From a virus: a DNA stretch of 64,000 nt. The DNA lies in the IMG/VR virus record IMGVR_UViG_3300025949_000027, positions 3,954-67,953 of that record; one strand, given 5' to 3'. A program made the position numbers and the translations under genes. The notes under the pieces were generated by a model, which saw nothing but the letters and a program-made list of their open reading frames with translations, was not told the origin of the DNA and did no database searches. Below are positions 10,295 to 20,037 of the stretch, in pieces (position 1 is the first letter of the stretch; each line of letters opens with the position of its first letter).

Positions 10295-12039
10295 GACTGG
10301 GGTCGGCTGCGTGCGCAGCGTTCTTTGCCTGTGTGCTGACGAGCGTGAGCGCGTTGGCCTACGGTCCGCTGGCCAGCCCGGCATGCGTTACCGGCTCGGC
10401 CACGGGGACGACCTACTACGCCTGTGACTGTCAGTCGGGAGCGCAGTCCGGGTGCGTCGCCGGCAGCAACGTAGCCGCTGGGACCTCGCCAGCAACCGCC
10501 TGGCAGACCTGGGAGAAGCTACGGACGCAAATCGTGGCGGCCCACGACGGTGACCGCTTCCTGGCGTGCCAAGGCGGCAGCTTCACCGTCTCGAACACGT
10601 CCATCGCGAACAGCAGCCTGACCGTCGGCGGCGGTGGCATCGCCATCAGCTCATACCAAGCCACGTGGGGCGGGGCCGGCGTGCGTCCCATCCTGACCGT
10701 ACCGGCGGCACAGGACGGCATCGACATCATCAGCGCGTCGGCGGCCATCGGCCCCTACATGATTGCCGACCTGGAGATCGTTGGTCTTGGCAACTCGTCC
10801 ATCTCCACGCAGGCGTTCGGGGTGTTCCTGTACGGAAACTCGACAGGCGTGACGATGTGCAACCTGTACATTCACAACATGCAGATCGCCTCGAACGTTG
10901 CTCGCAACGTCGAGACGGACCGGCAGACGAACACCACCATCCGCGACTGCACCTTTACGGACAACTGGGGCCAGGGGTTCCTGGGTGGCGGCGAGAACTT
11001 CTCCATCATCCGTTCGTACCTGGCCAGGAACGGCACGCGGACGTCGCTCGACCACAACATCTACCTCGTCGGCGCGAACGGCAGCGACTCGACGCAGCCG
11101 AGCGACACGATGCTGATCCAGGACAACGAGATCACGCAGACGGCATGGACCGCTGGCACCGGCTGCCAGGCGGCGGAGATCGTCGTCCACGGTCTGATGG
11201 CGAACCTGACCATCAAGGGCAACTACATCCACGAGGCCATCGGTACTATCGACCCGGGCTGCTGGGGGATCGCCCCTGCCCCCGGCTACGTCTACACGGA
11301 GAAGATGACGAACGTCATCGTCGACAGCAACCGCATCGAGAACGTCGGTAACGTCAGCATCGCGGCCGGGTCGTGGAACGGCGGGTCCATCCGCAACAAC
11401 GTCATCACCAACGTCCAGTCGCCGTCGGTCAACGACAAGGCGATCAGCATGTCGGAGAACGAGTGCCACTCGACGGGCACCGGATCGTGCTCAGACAGCG
11501 GCGGGCTTCCGGCGGGCGGAACCGACTTCACGCTGACCGGCGTGTCGGTAGTCAACAACTCGATCAATCTCAACACCGGAACCGCTCTCGGCATCCTGAA
11601 CGGCGGCAGCGGGTACTACGCGGTCAACAACGCCGTGTATTTCAGCGGCGGAACGTCTACGTGCTTCAGTTTTCCGCTGTCGACCGCATCCTACACGATG
11701 GTCGACTACAACCTCTGCTTCATCAGCGGAGGCACGGGAAACCACTGGCAATCATCGCAGTCGCTGGCCACGTGGACAGGTGCCACCGGCTTCGACACGC
11801 ACAGCCTGATCGTGACGCCGTCGTTCATCTCGGTCGCGTCTCCTTACAACCTTGCGGTACTAGCGGCATCGCCGCTGGTGAACGCCGGCAACACCGCGAA
11901 CGGGTCGTCGTCTGACATCCTCGGCACCACCCGACCTCAGCAGTCCATCACGGACATCGGGGCTTACGAACTCCTGGGCGCCATCGGCTCTATCGGCCTC
12001 GCGCCGCGGGCCCTGTTCATGTACGGGCCGGGGTTCTAG
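10291..12039 (+). CDS. Right-handed beta-helix (depolymerase/adhesin-like) protein with signal peptide and choice-of-anchor-Q-like C-terminus
   Basis: GTGA overlap start [23 protein letters not shown]; repeating I.NN.I strands; DHNIY motif; SPLVNAG..DILGTTRPQ..DIGAYE. Confidence 0.75.
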   Translation: MRLGSAACAAFFACVLTSVSALAYGPLASPACVTGSATGTTYYACDCQSGAQSGCVAGSNVAAGTSPATAWQTWEKLRTQIVAAHDGDRFLACQGGSFTVSNTSIANSSLTVGGGGIAISSYQATWGGAGVRPILTVPAAQDGIDIISASAAIGPYMIADLEIVGLGNSSISTQAFGVFLYGNSTGVTMCNLYIHNMQIASNVARNVETDRQTNTTIRDCTFTDNWGQGFLGGGENFSIIRSYLARNGTRTSLDHNIYLVGANGSDSTQPSDTMLIQDNEITQTAWTAGTGCQAAEIVVHGLMANLTIKGNYIHEAIGTIDPGCWGIAPAPGYVYTEKMTNVIVDSNRIENVGNVSIAAGSWNGGSIRNNVITNVQSPSVNDKAISMSENECHSTGTGSCSDSGGLPAGGTDFTLTGVSVVNNSINLNTGTALGILNGGSGYYAVNNAVYFSGGTSTCFSFPLSTASYTMVDYNLCFISGGTGNHWQSSQSLATWTGATGFDTHSLIVTPSFISVASPYNLAVLAASPLVNAGNTANGSSSDILGTTRPQQSITDIGAYELLGAIGSIGLAPRALFMYGPGF

Positions 12040-12041
12040 CC

Positions 12042-13199
12042 ATGCCGACCATCGTACGCAGGCCGACTGGTTCCGAGGCTGGCGACCTCTACAACGAGCT
12101 CCTCAAGAATCGCCACCTCAACCCGGAGTTCGCTCCCGAGTTGAAGGCGATCACGTGCGACACGGTGGCTACCCTTCGAACCGTCAAGGGCGACCTGGCT
12201 GGCAACGCTGGCCCTCGATGCGTCGTCCTGAACGCGACCTCGACTCCTGGCGACGGCGGGGCTGGCATCTTCTACTGGCACAACACGATCGCTGGCGCCA
12301 ACGGGGCCAGCATCGACGACAACGGAACGACGTACGTCCAGGTCATCGGAACTGACGGGAACTTCGTCACCCCAGGGGCTTGGGTCAGGATGCAGTTTGC
12401 GCGGACGCCCGACCAGCAGACGTTCTCTGCAAGCGGAACCTGGACAAAGCCAACGGGCGCCGCCTGGGTGCGGGTCGAACTGATCCCGTGGGGCGCGAGC
12501 GGAGCCGGTGGCGCGGCGAACATTGGGGTAGGCGGTCGTGCCGGAGCTGGGTCAGGCGTTGGCTTCTGGGAAGGCCCCGCTTCGCTCCTGGGGGCCACCG
12601 AATCGTTGGCCTTCGGGTCCCAGCCGGCCGGTGGGGCTGGCGGCATCTTCGGCGGCGCCGGTCCCGTCAATGGCACGGACGCCCCGGATGCGACCTTCGG
12701 TCAGTGGCTTCGCGTGAAGGGCGGTACCGCTGCCGGGGTAGGCGGATACGGCAACCTAGGAACGGGGGGTGCCGGCGGGGCCGCCACGGTAGCGGGAAGC
12801 GCTGGCACCGGGCGAGCCGCAGGAGGCGGAGCCGGCGGCGGAACTGGCGGTAACCCCGCTGGCACTGCTGGCGCTGCTGGCGGGGCAGGCGGAGGACAGG
12901 ACCGCGCTACGGCGCTCGCCGGAGGTACCGCCGGGGCCGCTGGCACGGGCTCCGTAAACGCCACGTCCGGCGGCGCGGGGACATCCGCCGCAACCGGAGA
13001 AACAACGGGGGGCGCTGGGGGCGGCGGTGGCGGCGGTGGCGGAACACTTGCCGGGGCTCAGCCCGGGCAGGCCGGCGGAGACGGTGGCGGGTACGGCGGG
13101 GGCGGAGGGGGCGGAGGCGGCGGATCAACAGGCCGAAACGGAGCTGCAGGCGGCAAGGGCGGCCAGTGCTTCGGGAGGGTGACGACATGGTTCCAGTGA
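12042..13199 (+). CDS. Glycine-rich tail fibre/adhesin with tailspike-type N-terminal domain
   Basis: TVATLR..PGDGGAGIFYW..DDNG..GAWVR docking-type domain, then QTFSASGTWTKPTG and polyglycine tracts. Confidence 0.75.
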   Translation: MPTIVRRPTGSEAGDLYNELLKNRHLNPEFAPELKAITCDTVATLRTVKGDLAGNAGPRCVVLNATSTPGDGGAGIFYWHNTIAGANGASIDDNGTTYVQVIGTDGNFVTPGAWVRMQFARTPDQQTFSASGTWTKPTGAAWVRVELIPWGASGAGGAANIGVGGRAGAGSGVGFWEGPASLLGATESLAFGSQPAGGAGGIFGGAGPVNGTDAPDATFGQWLRVKGGTAAGVGGYGNLGTGGAGGAATVAGSAGTGRAAGGGAGGGTGGNPAGTAGAAGGAGGGQDRATALAGGTAGAAGTGSVNATSGGAGTSAATGETTGGAGGGGGGGGGTLAGAQPGQAGGDGGGYGGGGGGGGGGSTGRNGAAGGKGGQCFGRVTTWFQ

Positions 13200-13283
13200 T
13201 GCGCAATAAGGGAGCATGGCTCCTGTGCCAGGCCGCACGTCCAATGAACCTCGTAACGCGCGAATAAGAGATACAATTGACGC

Positions 13284-13949
13284 ATGGGGAAGATCCCGAT
13301 GGGAAAATTCAAGAAGCGTCCGATCGCTCCGGATGGAACCAAGACTTGTTCGATCTGTCTAATCGCGAAGCAAACGTCAGAGTTCAAGGCGAATGCGCTT
13401 GCGAAGACAGGGATCTCTTCGATATGCAAACCATGCGCCCGTGATCGCGCCAAGATCTACATGGATCGAGTGATGGCAAGACCTGGTGCTCGCGAAAAAA
13501 AGCGCTTGGTCGACGCAATTGCGAGAAACAAGAATGGCGCACTTGAGCGAAGGCGGGCGGTGATTGCAGCTAACTGTTCGGCGCGCGCAAAAGCGGAAGC
13601 GGCGCTGTGGCATCGCAACAACCATCTCAAGAAGAAATATGGCATCACGCTGGAAGAGCGAGATCGCATTGTTGCTAGCCAGGGCGGAAGATGCGCGATT
13701 TGCCTAACCGAGAATCCGGGCGGAAAAGGCCGCAGGCTTGGAATTGACCATGACCACAGCGACGGCAGGATCCGTGGTGCCCTGTGCAATAACTGCAACC
13801 GAGGCATCGGTCACCTGAAGGACTCTGTCGCAAGTCTCAGGGCTGCCATAGAATACCTAGAGGCATCCAACCTGGAAGCAGTGTACAAGTCGATCGCAAG
13901 TCGCGCTGATATCGGTCTTACTTACGGATCTGGTGTCACATGCCGCTAA
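13284..13949 (+). CDS. Endonuclease VII-family (HNH-type) homing endonuclease
   Basis: KTCSIC..ICKPC zinc site, LKKKYGIT, QGGRCAIC, IDHDHSDGRIRGALCNNCNRGIG; more AT-rich than its neighbours. Confidence 0.9.
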   Translation: MGKIPMGKFKKRPIAPDGTKTCSICLIAKQTSEFKANALAKTGISSICKPCARDRAKIYMDRVMARPGAREKKRLVDAIARNKNGALERRRAVIAANCSARAKAEAALWHRNNHLKKKYGITLEERDRIVASQGGRCAICLTENPGGKGRRLGIDHDHSDGRIRGALCNNCNRGIGHLKDSVASLRAAIEYLEASNLEAVYKSIASRADIGLTYGSGVTCR

Positions 13950-16942
13950 GTCCAACTCCTATTTCATGGGATCTTACCGGAGGACTTGACACCGACAGTG
14001 GTCCATTAACAGTTGTACCTGGATCGCACCTAACTCTCGACAACGCAATTCAAGAGAGGCGCGGAGAGTGGAGGTCGCGTAACGGAACGACCGTCAGCGA
14101 TCAGGACACTCTCCCGAACGGGATCGCTCCGACGATCGGAAAGATCGGAGACGCCGGCATGTTCGCCCTCAACTCCACTCTCGGCACGTACCAGCCGTCT
14201 CTTACGTCGAACCGCTGGACTAACGGACTCATCCCGTCTGGACTTCAGACCAACTACGACATTTCCCGCGTTCCTGTGGTGGCCAGCGATAACCCGGTGT
14301 TCGGATTCGCGCAGTATGGGAACCTGTACATCATCGCAAACCTTGACAGCGTCGCTCCATCGATCGCCGTTTTCGATTCGCAGGGCAAGACGCACACGAA
14401 GATGTCATTGCCTGCGGGAACGTACATCCGCGCCCGGTGCGCCGCGACGGCCAGCAGGCTGGTCGCGTACGTAGCTGACTCGTCCGGAAACCTGGTCGCT
14501 TACGTGGTGAACGCGTCTACGGGAGCAGTTACCAGCGGAACCATCAAGACCGGCCTGCACACAACCGCACCATTCATGGCAGCGCTCTGGGATGGATCGT
14601 CGGCGACGATTACGGTCGTAGCGCGACTGGCGGCTGGCGACGCTGTCCGTTTCATGGAGCACAATCCAGCGACGGGCGCACTGGCAACAGATGTATCGCT
14701 GGCGGCGATCGTAGGTAACAGCGCGCTTTCGCTGTTTCAGGACTACTCGAACAGCGGTATCCGGTTCGTCGGGGTCTCTGATACTACCGGACCGACCGTA
14801 CGGGTTCTCCGCGTGACGTCAGCTGGGGCGATCTCGACAAACTCGCTCGTCAGTAGCACGGTAGCCGCGACGGCTATCACCGGAGTCGGATGGTCGTCTG
14901 GTGCGAACTGGTCAGCGGTCTACTGCGACGCCAGCGCCTTCAAGTCTCTGCGCATCGCGCGACTGATCGGAGGCATCGTAACGGACGCTGCCGTTATCAA
15001 CGGAGGGTCCCTGAACGTGACCATCTCCCTGGATGGCGAGGCGTGGTCCGCCGACGGAACCTCGTTTCAGTTCTTGCTCGGGTATCACAGCAAGACGGCT
15101 AGTGATCCGCAGGACTCGTGGCAGATGGCATCGGCGACCATGTCCGGTCTGACGAACGTCGTGTGGAGAAACGGACGGATTGCGCCTCTCCAGGCCCAGG
15201 CCTACATGCTAGGGTCGGCGACCACTCAGTCTGCTCTCTTTCAGAGAAGCGGCGCCGGCTCTGACGTGTCGAAGTTTGCACTGCCCGTGCTGGCGTCGTA
15301 CGCGCTGACGGCGGGAACCGCCAAGCGGCAATACTCGCTTGACGTCTTCACGCAGCAGATCCTGGGAAGTGCTGACATCGGTACTGACGTCAACCGCGGG
15401 TTCTCAGTTCAGTACAAGCAAACCGCGTTCATCCCTGGACCTGACGCGTGCTTCCTGGATGAAGGCAAGTTGTCTCCGATCGGCACCCCTGTGCCGCCAC
15501 CGCAGCCGGTTGGTGCAGGCGGAGGCGCCGGGTCACTGACTCTGCTCGGGACGTACAACTACGTTGACGTCTGGGAGGTCCTGGATAGCGACGGTAATGT
15601 GTGGCGAAGCCCGCCTAGTGTTCCGTTCACAATTACCCTGACGGGCGGCCAGCAGTCCGTGAACTTCAGCGACGTGGAGTCGCTCGGCCTAAACGGAACC
15701 TTCGGCGGCAGCGCGCAGCAGCGGTTCCGCTTGAAGCGCTACCGTACTGCCAACCTCGGAACGGTCTATCGGCTAGTGGCAACTGTGGATAGCAGCGCAT
15801 CGGACTCTTTCCAGCCGAACATCACGGACACGGCGTCGGACGCCAGCATCGTCAGTAGCGAGGTTCTGTATACAACTGGTGAGTTGTCGACGGCCATCAC
15901 GCCACGGTTCTCCCATATGGCTACCTTCGGCGACCGCCTATGGGGAGTAAATGCCGACTATCGAACGGAGGTGTGGCCATCGAAGAATCTTCGTTCCGGT
16001 CGGCAGCCTGAGTTTGTCGAAGAAGGTGTAGTCGACATCGACGATAACTACGGTGACATCACTGGGATCGTCGGCCTAGACGGCAACGGCGTAGCCTTCA
16101 AGCGCACGGCGATCTACTTCATCGTCGGCGATGGACTCACGGACGCGGGCAGCGGTCAGTCACACACGTACCAGCAGGTCGCCACTGGCGTAGGGGCGAT
16201 TCCTGGATCTCCGATCGTAGTCTCAGGTGACAAAGTATTCTTCGTGAGCGACCGAGGCATCTACTCCATCGACCGCGGCGGCAACCTCGCGTACATCGGT
16301 TCCGGCGTCGACAAGTGGTTCAACCAGCCACTCATCCAGGCTCCCGAGCGCGTGTACGACGGCCTCTTCGCGCCCAAGCAGAACGAGGTCAGGTTCGTCA
16401 CCACGAACTACATCCTGGTCTACGACCTGAAGTACAACACCTGGACCCGCTGGACCGGGCTTTCCGGGATGCGCCGGTGCCTGCTCATCAATGACAAGAT
16501 GGTCATGTTCAAGACCGACGGGACGGTCTGGCGCGAAGGCGACGAGACGGTCAACACCGACAACGGAACGCCCTACAACGGCATCATCCGAAGCGCGTGG
16601 GTGCGGCCGACGGACTTCGGGCAGATTCGGCTGTACCGTGGCCTAGTCCTCGGAGAGCGAACGTCGGGAGGCGGAAACGTCACTCCCACGATGCAAATCT
16701 ACGAGGACAACTCCGACACGCCCGTCCAGTCGCTCAGTCCGTCGTCGCCCATCTCCGGGGCTACGCTGGTTATCCAGGCAGAGGCGCGGCCTCAATTTCA
16801 GAACTGCTCAACGTTCTCACTCCAGATCACCCTGCCACCGTCCGACATCACGACGCGACTTGCCAAATGGGGGGCAGAGATCGGAGTACGACAGCCGAGA
16901 GCCCAGAAGCGGTCCGTAGCCGGCGGCGGAAGCTGGCAGTAG
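13940..16942 (+). CDS. Tail nozzle/DNA-stabilisation-type structural protein
   Basis: 1000 aa; N-terminal LTGGLDT..LDNA..RNG; propeller-like FGDRLW, FKRTAIY, FFVSDRGIY, VYDLKYNTWTRW segments. Confidence 0.7.
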   Translation: MPLSPTPISWDLTGGLDTDSGPLTVVPGSHLTLDNAIQERRGEWRSRNGTTVSDQDTLPNGIAPTIGKIGDAGMFALNSTLGTYQPSLTSNRWTNGLIPSGLQTNYDISRVPVVASDNPVFGFAQYGNLYIIANLDSVAPSIAVFDSQGKTHTKMSLPAGTYIRARCAATASRLVAYVADSSGNLVAYVVNASTGAVTSGTIKTGLHTTAPFMAALWDGSSATITVVARLAAGDAVRFMEHNPATGALATDVSLAAIVGNSALSLFQDYSNSGIRFVGVSDTTGPTVRVLRVTSAGAISTNSLVSSTVAATAITGVGWSSGANWSAVYCDASAFKSLRIARLIGGIVTDAAVINGGSLNVTISLDGEAWSADGTSFQFLLGYHSKTASDPQDSWQMASATMSGLTNVVWRNGRIAPLQAQAYMLGSATTQSALFQRSGAGSDVSKFALPVLASYALTAGTAKRQYSLDVFTQQILGSADIGTDVNRGFSVQYKQTAFIPGPDACFLDEGKLSPIGTPVPPPQPVGAGGGAGSLTLLGTYNYVDVWEVLDSDGNVWRSPPSVPFTITLTGGQQSVNFSDVESLGLNGTFGGSAQQRFRLKRYRTANLGTVYRLVATVDSSASDSFQPNITDTASDASIVSSEVLYTTGELSTAITPRFSHMATFGDRLWGVNADYRTEVWPSKNLRSGRQPEFVEEGVVDIDDNYGDITGIVGLDGNGVAFKRTAIYFIVGDGLTDAGSGQSHTYQQVATGVGAIPGSPIVVSGDKVFFVSDRGIYSIDRGGNLAYIGSGVDKWFNQPLIQAPERVYDGLFAPKQNEVRFVTTNYILVYDLKYNTWTRWTGLSGMRRCLLINDKMVMFKTDGTVWREGDETVNTDNGTPYNGIIRSAWVRPTDFGQIRLYRGLVLGERTSGGGNVTPTMQIYEDNSDTPVQSLSPSSPISGATLVIQAEARPQFQNCSTFSLQITLPPSDITTRLAKWGAEIGVRQPRAQKRSVAGGGSWQ

Positions 16943-17030
16943 GCAACGCGTCATGACGGTCGATGTCGGCCGGTTGGGCGACCGCTGAATCTGCTTGCGC
17001 CGCGATCGCTCGCAGGTGCACCATTGCTGT

Positions 17031-17501
17031 ATGAAGTTGGCGGCGTTCGGACTGGTGTTCATGGCTGCACTTGCGGCCGGCTGCGGAGACATCAAGCTCG
17101 TCCCCGAGGCGGACAAGATGGTCGACGCCCCGGCCGATGCGAGCCGCGCCGAGGGACTGATCGCGTCGACCTATCAGATCCCGGCTTCGGAGATGTCGTA
17201 TCTCGAGGTCTACTGGTACGGCGGGGCGGCCCTGAACTGCAACGACGGCGGCTTCATCGCCCGCGACGGACATACCTGCGTCGGCGGAGAGCACCTGGAC
17301 GGAGTGATCATCGTGGCCCGCGACGATCGTTCTTCCCTGTCGGGGACCGGATACCTCGCCCATGAGATGCTCCACTTCAAGCTTGGCCTGGACGGCGATC
17401 CTGACGAGACGCATTCCCGGCCCGAGTGGGGAACTACCTGGAACCATCCTCGCGGCTTGCTGGACGTCGCGAACGACGCCCTGGCCGCCGCTGGGATGTG
17501 A
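17031..17501 (+). CDS. Putative lipoprotein with HExxH motif
   Basis: MKLAAFGLVFMAALAAGC lipobox; LAHEMLH. Confidence 0.65.
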   Translation: MKLAAFGLVFMAALAAGCGDIKLVPEADKMVDAPADASRAEGLIASTYQIPASEMSYLEVYWYGGAALNCNDGGFIARDGHTCVGGEHLDGVIIVARDDRSSLSGTGYLAHEMLHFKLGLDGDPDETHSRPEWGTTWNHPRGLLDVANDALAAAGM

Positions 17502-17510
17502 TCGACGCGA

Positions 17511-17951
17511 TCAGCGCTGGCGAACGAAGGTGTCTTTGAACCCGCGAGCCGTGCGGGTCCACATGGTATCGCCGTTTAGCACGTAGACGAGAGAAGCGGT
17601 TTCTGGCTTGCTGTCGAACCGCAGGACGATGTCGTGTCCGGTGGCTGCCGAGTACCTACCTGATCCGGCGATCTTCTCCGTAGGCCGCGAGTGCCTAGCG
17701 TCAACCTGTGCGATGAAGACCGAGAACGTACCGTCGGCCCGCAGGGTAAGGAAGTCGCGTCCCGAGGGGTCGGCCTCTGACGGATCCTCGAGCCAGCGAC
17801 CGACCAGCGGGTCATCATCCACGGTCGCCGATGGCGCCACGGGCGCCAACACAGAGCCGGAGGCGTGGACGTCCCCCTGATTGCTCACCGTCGTCAGCGC
17901 CGCCCCGAACAAGATCATGACCCCCGCCACCCAAGCCGTCGTCTTCAGCAT
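17511..17951 (-). CDS. Exported/membrane-anchored protein, lipocalin-like beta-barrel
   Basis: Hydrophobic N-terminus; DPLVGRW..LTLRADGTF motif; lone reverse-strand gene; start uncertain (17951 or 17969). Confidence 0.6.
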   Translation of the reverse strand: MLKTTAWVAGVMILFGAALTTVSNQGDVHASGSVLAPVAPSATVDDDPLVGRWLEDPSEADPSGRDFLTLRADGTFSVFIAQVDARHSRPTEKIAGSGRYSAATGHDIVLRFDSKPETASLVYVLNGDTMWTRTARGFKDTFVRQR

Positions 17952-18034
17952 GCGTACATGGTGCGACAAGGCGACCCGGATGCCAATCCTGAACGTTCGC
18001 CCAGCGATGTAGCGCCCGCAACAAGGCTTACGGA

Positions 18035-18137
18035 TTGACTTTCAGCGGGTTCCGTGCTCTCATTTTCGTGAGCCAAGCGGAATCGGCCCAAGCGTTGTCC
18101 TGGCCACAGCTCGAACGTTCGTTCGTGCGAGGTCAGC
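18035..18137 (+). promoter_or_regulatory. Late promoter plus conserved leader element, copy 2 (ejection-protein operon)
   Basis: TTGACT(18035)-17 nt ending TGC-TCTCAT(18058); GTGAGCCAAGCG..GGCCCAAGCG..GGCC..GCTCGAAC..GTTCGTGCGAGGT before TTG 18138. Confidence 0.85.
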
Positions 18138-20030
18138 TTGGGCGGATTCTTCGATCCTGAAGCGCGTCAGAAGGCGATTGACGCCGCGACCCAGGCAGCT
18201 AGCTCGGGTGGCGATGCTCAGAAGGCATTCACCGACGCCCTCGGCGGGTCCAGTGGCAGCGTTTCGAATGTCGTTGAGTCGATCCCGGTTGTCGGTCCGG
18301 TAATCCAGAAGACCTTCGATCCGAAGGCGCCGACCGACCTGACGAAGACCGACGCCTACAAGGCGACGCAGGATTTCAATACGCAGTTGGCCCAGCAGCA
18401 GGCGGCGAATGGGCCGTCGGCAACGCCGACCGTGGGCAAAGACCCGGCGGCGAAGACCGCGCTGACGCAGTCCCAGCAGCAGCAGCAGGGCGCACAGGCC
18501 GCCTACGACAAGGCGGTAGCGGACGCACAGGCTGCAGCTCAGTCAGCGAACGGAGGCGGGATCGGCGGGTCTATCGCGTCGTCGGTTTCTGTCATGACCA
18601 ATCCGACGGTCAAGGCTGCGAAGGCCGCCTTAGACGCCGCGACCCAGGCGGCCCAGCAAGCCCAGCAGGCTTACGACGGAAGTACAAACCCGGCGCTGAA
18701 TGTCACGGCCCCGACGGTTGCCAACGCGCCTCTCATCCAGGCCGGGACGGTATCAGCCGGGCAGGTGACGGCCCCGGTCATCACGGGACCGGGTGCGATC
18801 TCAGCCCCGGTCATCGCCGCGCCCACGCCGATCTCAGCCATCTACAACACGGCCCCGACGGCTACCGCTGGGAGCATGACCGCGCCAGGCGACATCGCCG
18901 CCCAGAACATCGACCGGATCAAGCTCGATACCACGAACTCGGATGCCAGCCGCCAGCAATTCTTGCAGGCACTGGCATTGTCACAGGGAGCGGCCGAAGG
19001 GAACGCCCCGAGCGCTGCCGAGGCGTTGCTACAGAGGGGCATCGACGAGAACGTCGGCACTGCCTACGGACTGGCGGCGTCTCTTCAGGGACGTAACCCG
19101 GGGCTCGCCCTGCGCACTGGCGCGATCTCGGCGTCTGACGCCATCGCGAAGTCGGCCGCCGACATGGCGGCGCTTCGGGCAACTGAGATGGCGACTGCTC
19201 GCCAGCAGTACGGCAGCATGGCCGGCCAGCTCAATCAGAACGACATCACGCAGGCGGGCCAGCAGCTCAGCGCCGATGTCAGCGTCGCGGAAGCGAACGC
19301 TTCGAACATGCTGGATGCGGCGAAGTCGAACCAGTCGACGAAGCTTCAGACGTCGATCGCTAACCTGAACGCGCAGACGCAGACGGCGCTGGCGAACCTT
19401 CAGGCGGCCGTGTCGACGAACAACGCGAACCAGGCAGCGGACATGCAAGCCAAGGTCGCGAACCTTACGGCCACGACGCAAGTAGCGACGCAGAACGCGC
19501 TAGACGCCACGAACACGAACATCGCGAACCTGAACGCACAACTCGACGTCCTGAAGAAGAACGCCGATCTCGCGATGAAGGCCGGAGAGGACAACCAGGC
19601 CGCCGACCTGCAGTCGCAGATCGCGAACCTGAACGCATCGCTCAAGGCCGCGGAAGACAACCAGGTGATGCTCCACAACACCCTGGTCGACAACGCGAAC
19701 CTTAAGGCCCAGGCGGACCAGTTCAACGCAGGTACATCCCTCAAGGTCGACCAGCTGAATCAGAGCGCAGATCTACAGCAGCAGGTCATCAACGACGCCC
19801 GCCGCCAGGGGTTCACCGACGACCAGATCAAGCTTCTGCTTGCACAACTCGGCGTGACGACGACGAACGCCCAGACGCAGGCGAACTTCGACTCTAGTCA
19901 GCAGGCGTTCTACGGGAAGCTGATCGCGTCGCTAGGAACGGCGGCTGCTGGCGGAGCTGGTGGAGGTGCCGTGGCCGGTGGCGCCGTGCCAACACAGATC
20001 GGCGCTAACGGATCTCCGATCTTGGAATGA
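18138..20030 (+). CDS. Internal virion/DNA ejection protein with hendecad coiled coil
   Basis: Ala/Gln/Asn-rich; GNAPSAAEALL motif; Asn every 11 residues; Gly/Ala hydrophobic C-terminus; TTG start after GAGGT. Confidence 0.7.
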   Translation: MGGFFDPEARQKAIDAATQAASSGGDAQKAFTDALGGSSGSVSNVVESIPVVGPVIQKTFDPKAPTDLTKTDAYKATQDFNTQLAQQQAANGPSATPTVGKDPAAKTALTQSQQQQQGAQAAYDKAVADAQAAAQSANGGGIGGSIASSVSVMTNPTVKAAKAALDAATQAAQQAQQAYDGSTNPALNVTAPTVANAPLIQAGTVSAGQVTAPVITGPGAISAPVIAAPTPISAIYNTAPTATAGSMTAPGDIAAQNIDRIKLDTTNSDASRQQFLQALALSQGAAEGNAPSAAEALLQRGIDENVGTAYGLAASLQGRNPGLALRTGAISASDAIAKSAADMAALRATEMATARQQYGSMAGQLNQNDITQAGQQLSADVSVAEANASNMLDAAKSNQSTKLQTSIANLNAQTQTALANLQAAVSTNNANQAADMQAKVANLTATTQVATQNALDATNTNIANLNAQLDVLKKNADLAMKAGEDNQAADLQSQIANLNASLKAAEDNQVMLHNTLVDNANLKAQADQFNAGTSLKVDQLNQSADLQQQVINDARRQGFTDDQIKLLLAQLGVTTTNAQTQANFDSSQQAFYGKLIASLGTAAAGGAGGGAVAGGAVPTQIGANGSPILE

Positions 20031-20037
20031 GGATCTG

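Noticed and set aside
12760-13160. GGC-rich tandem repeats here and at 24950-25735
   Set aside because: Explained by polyglycine coding in adhesin-type proteins
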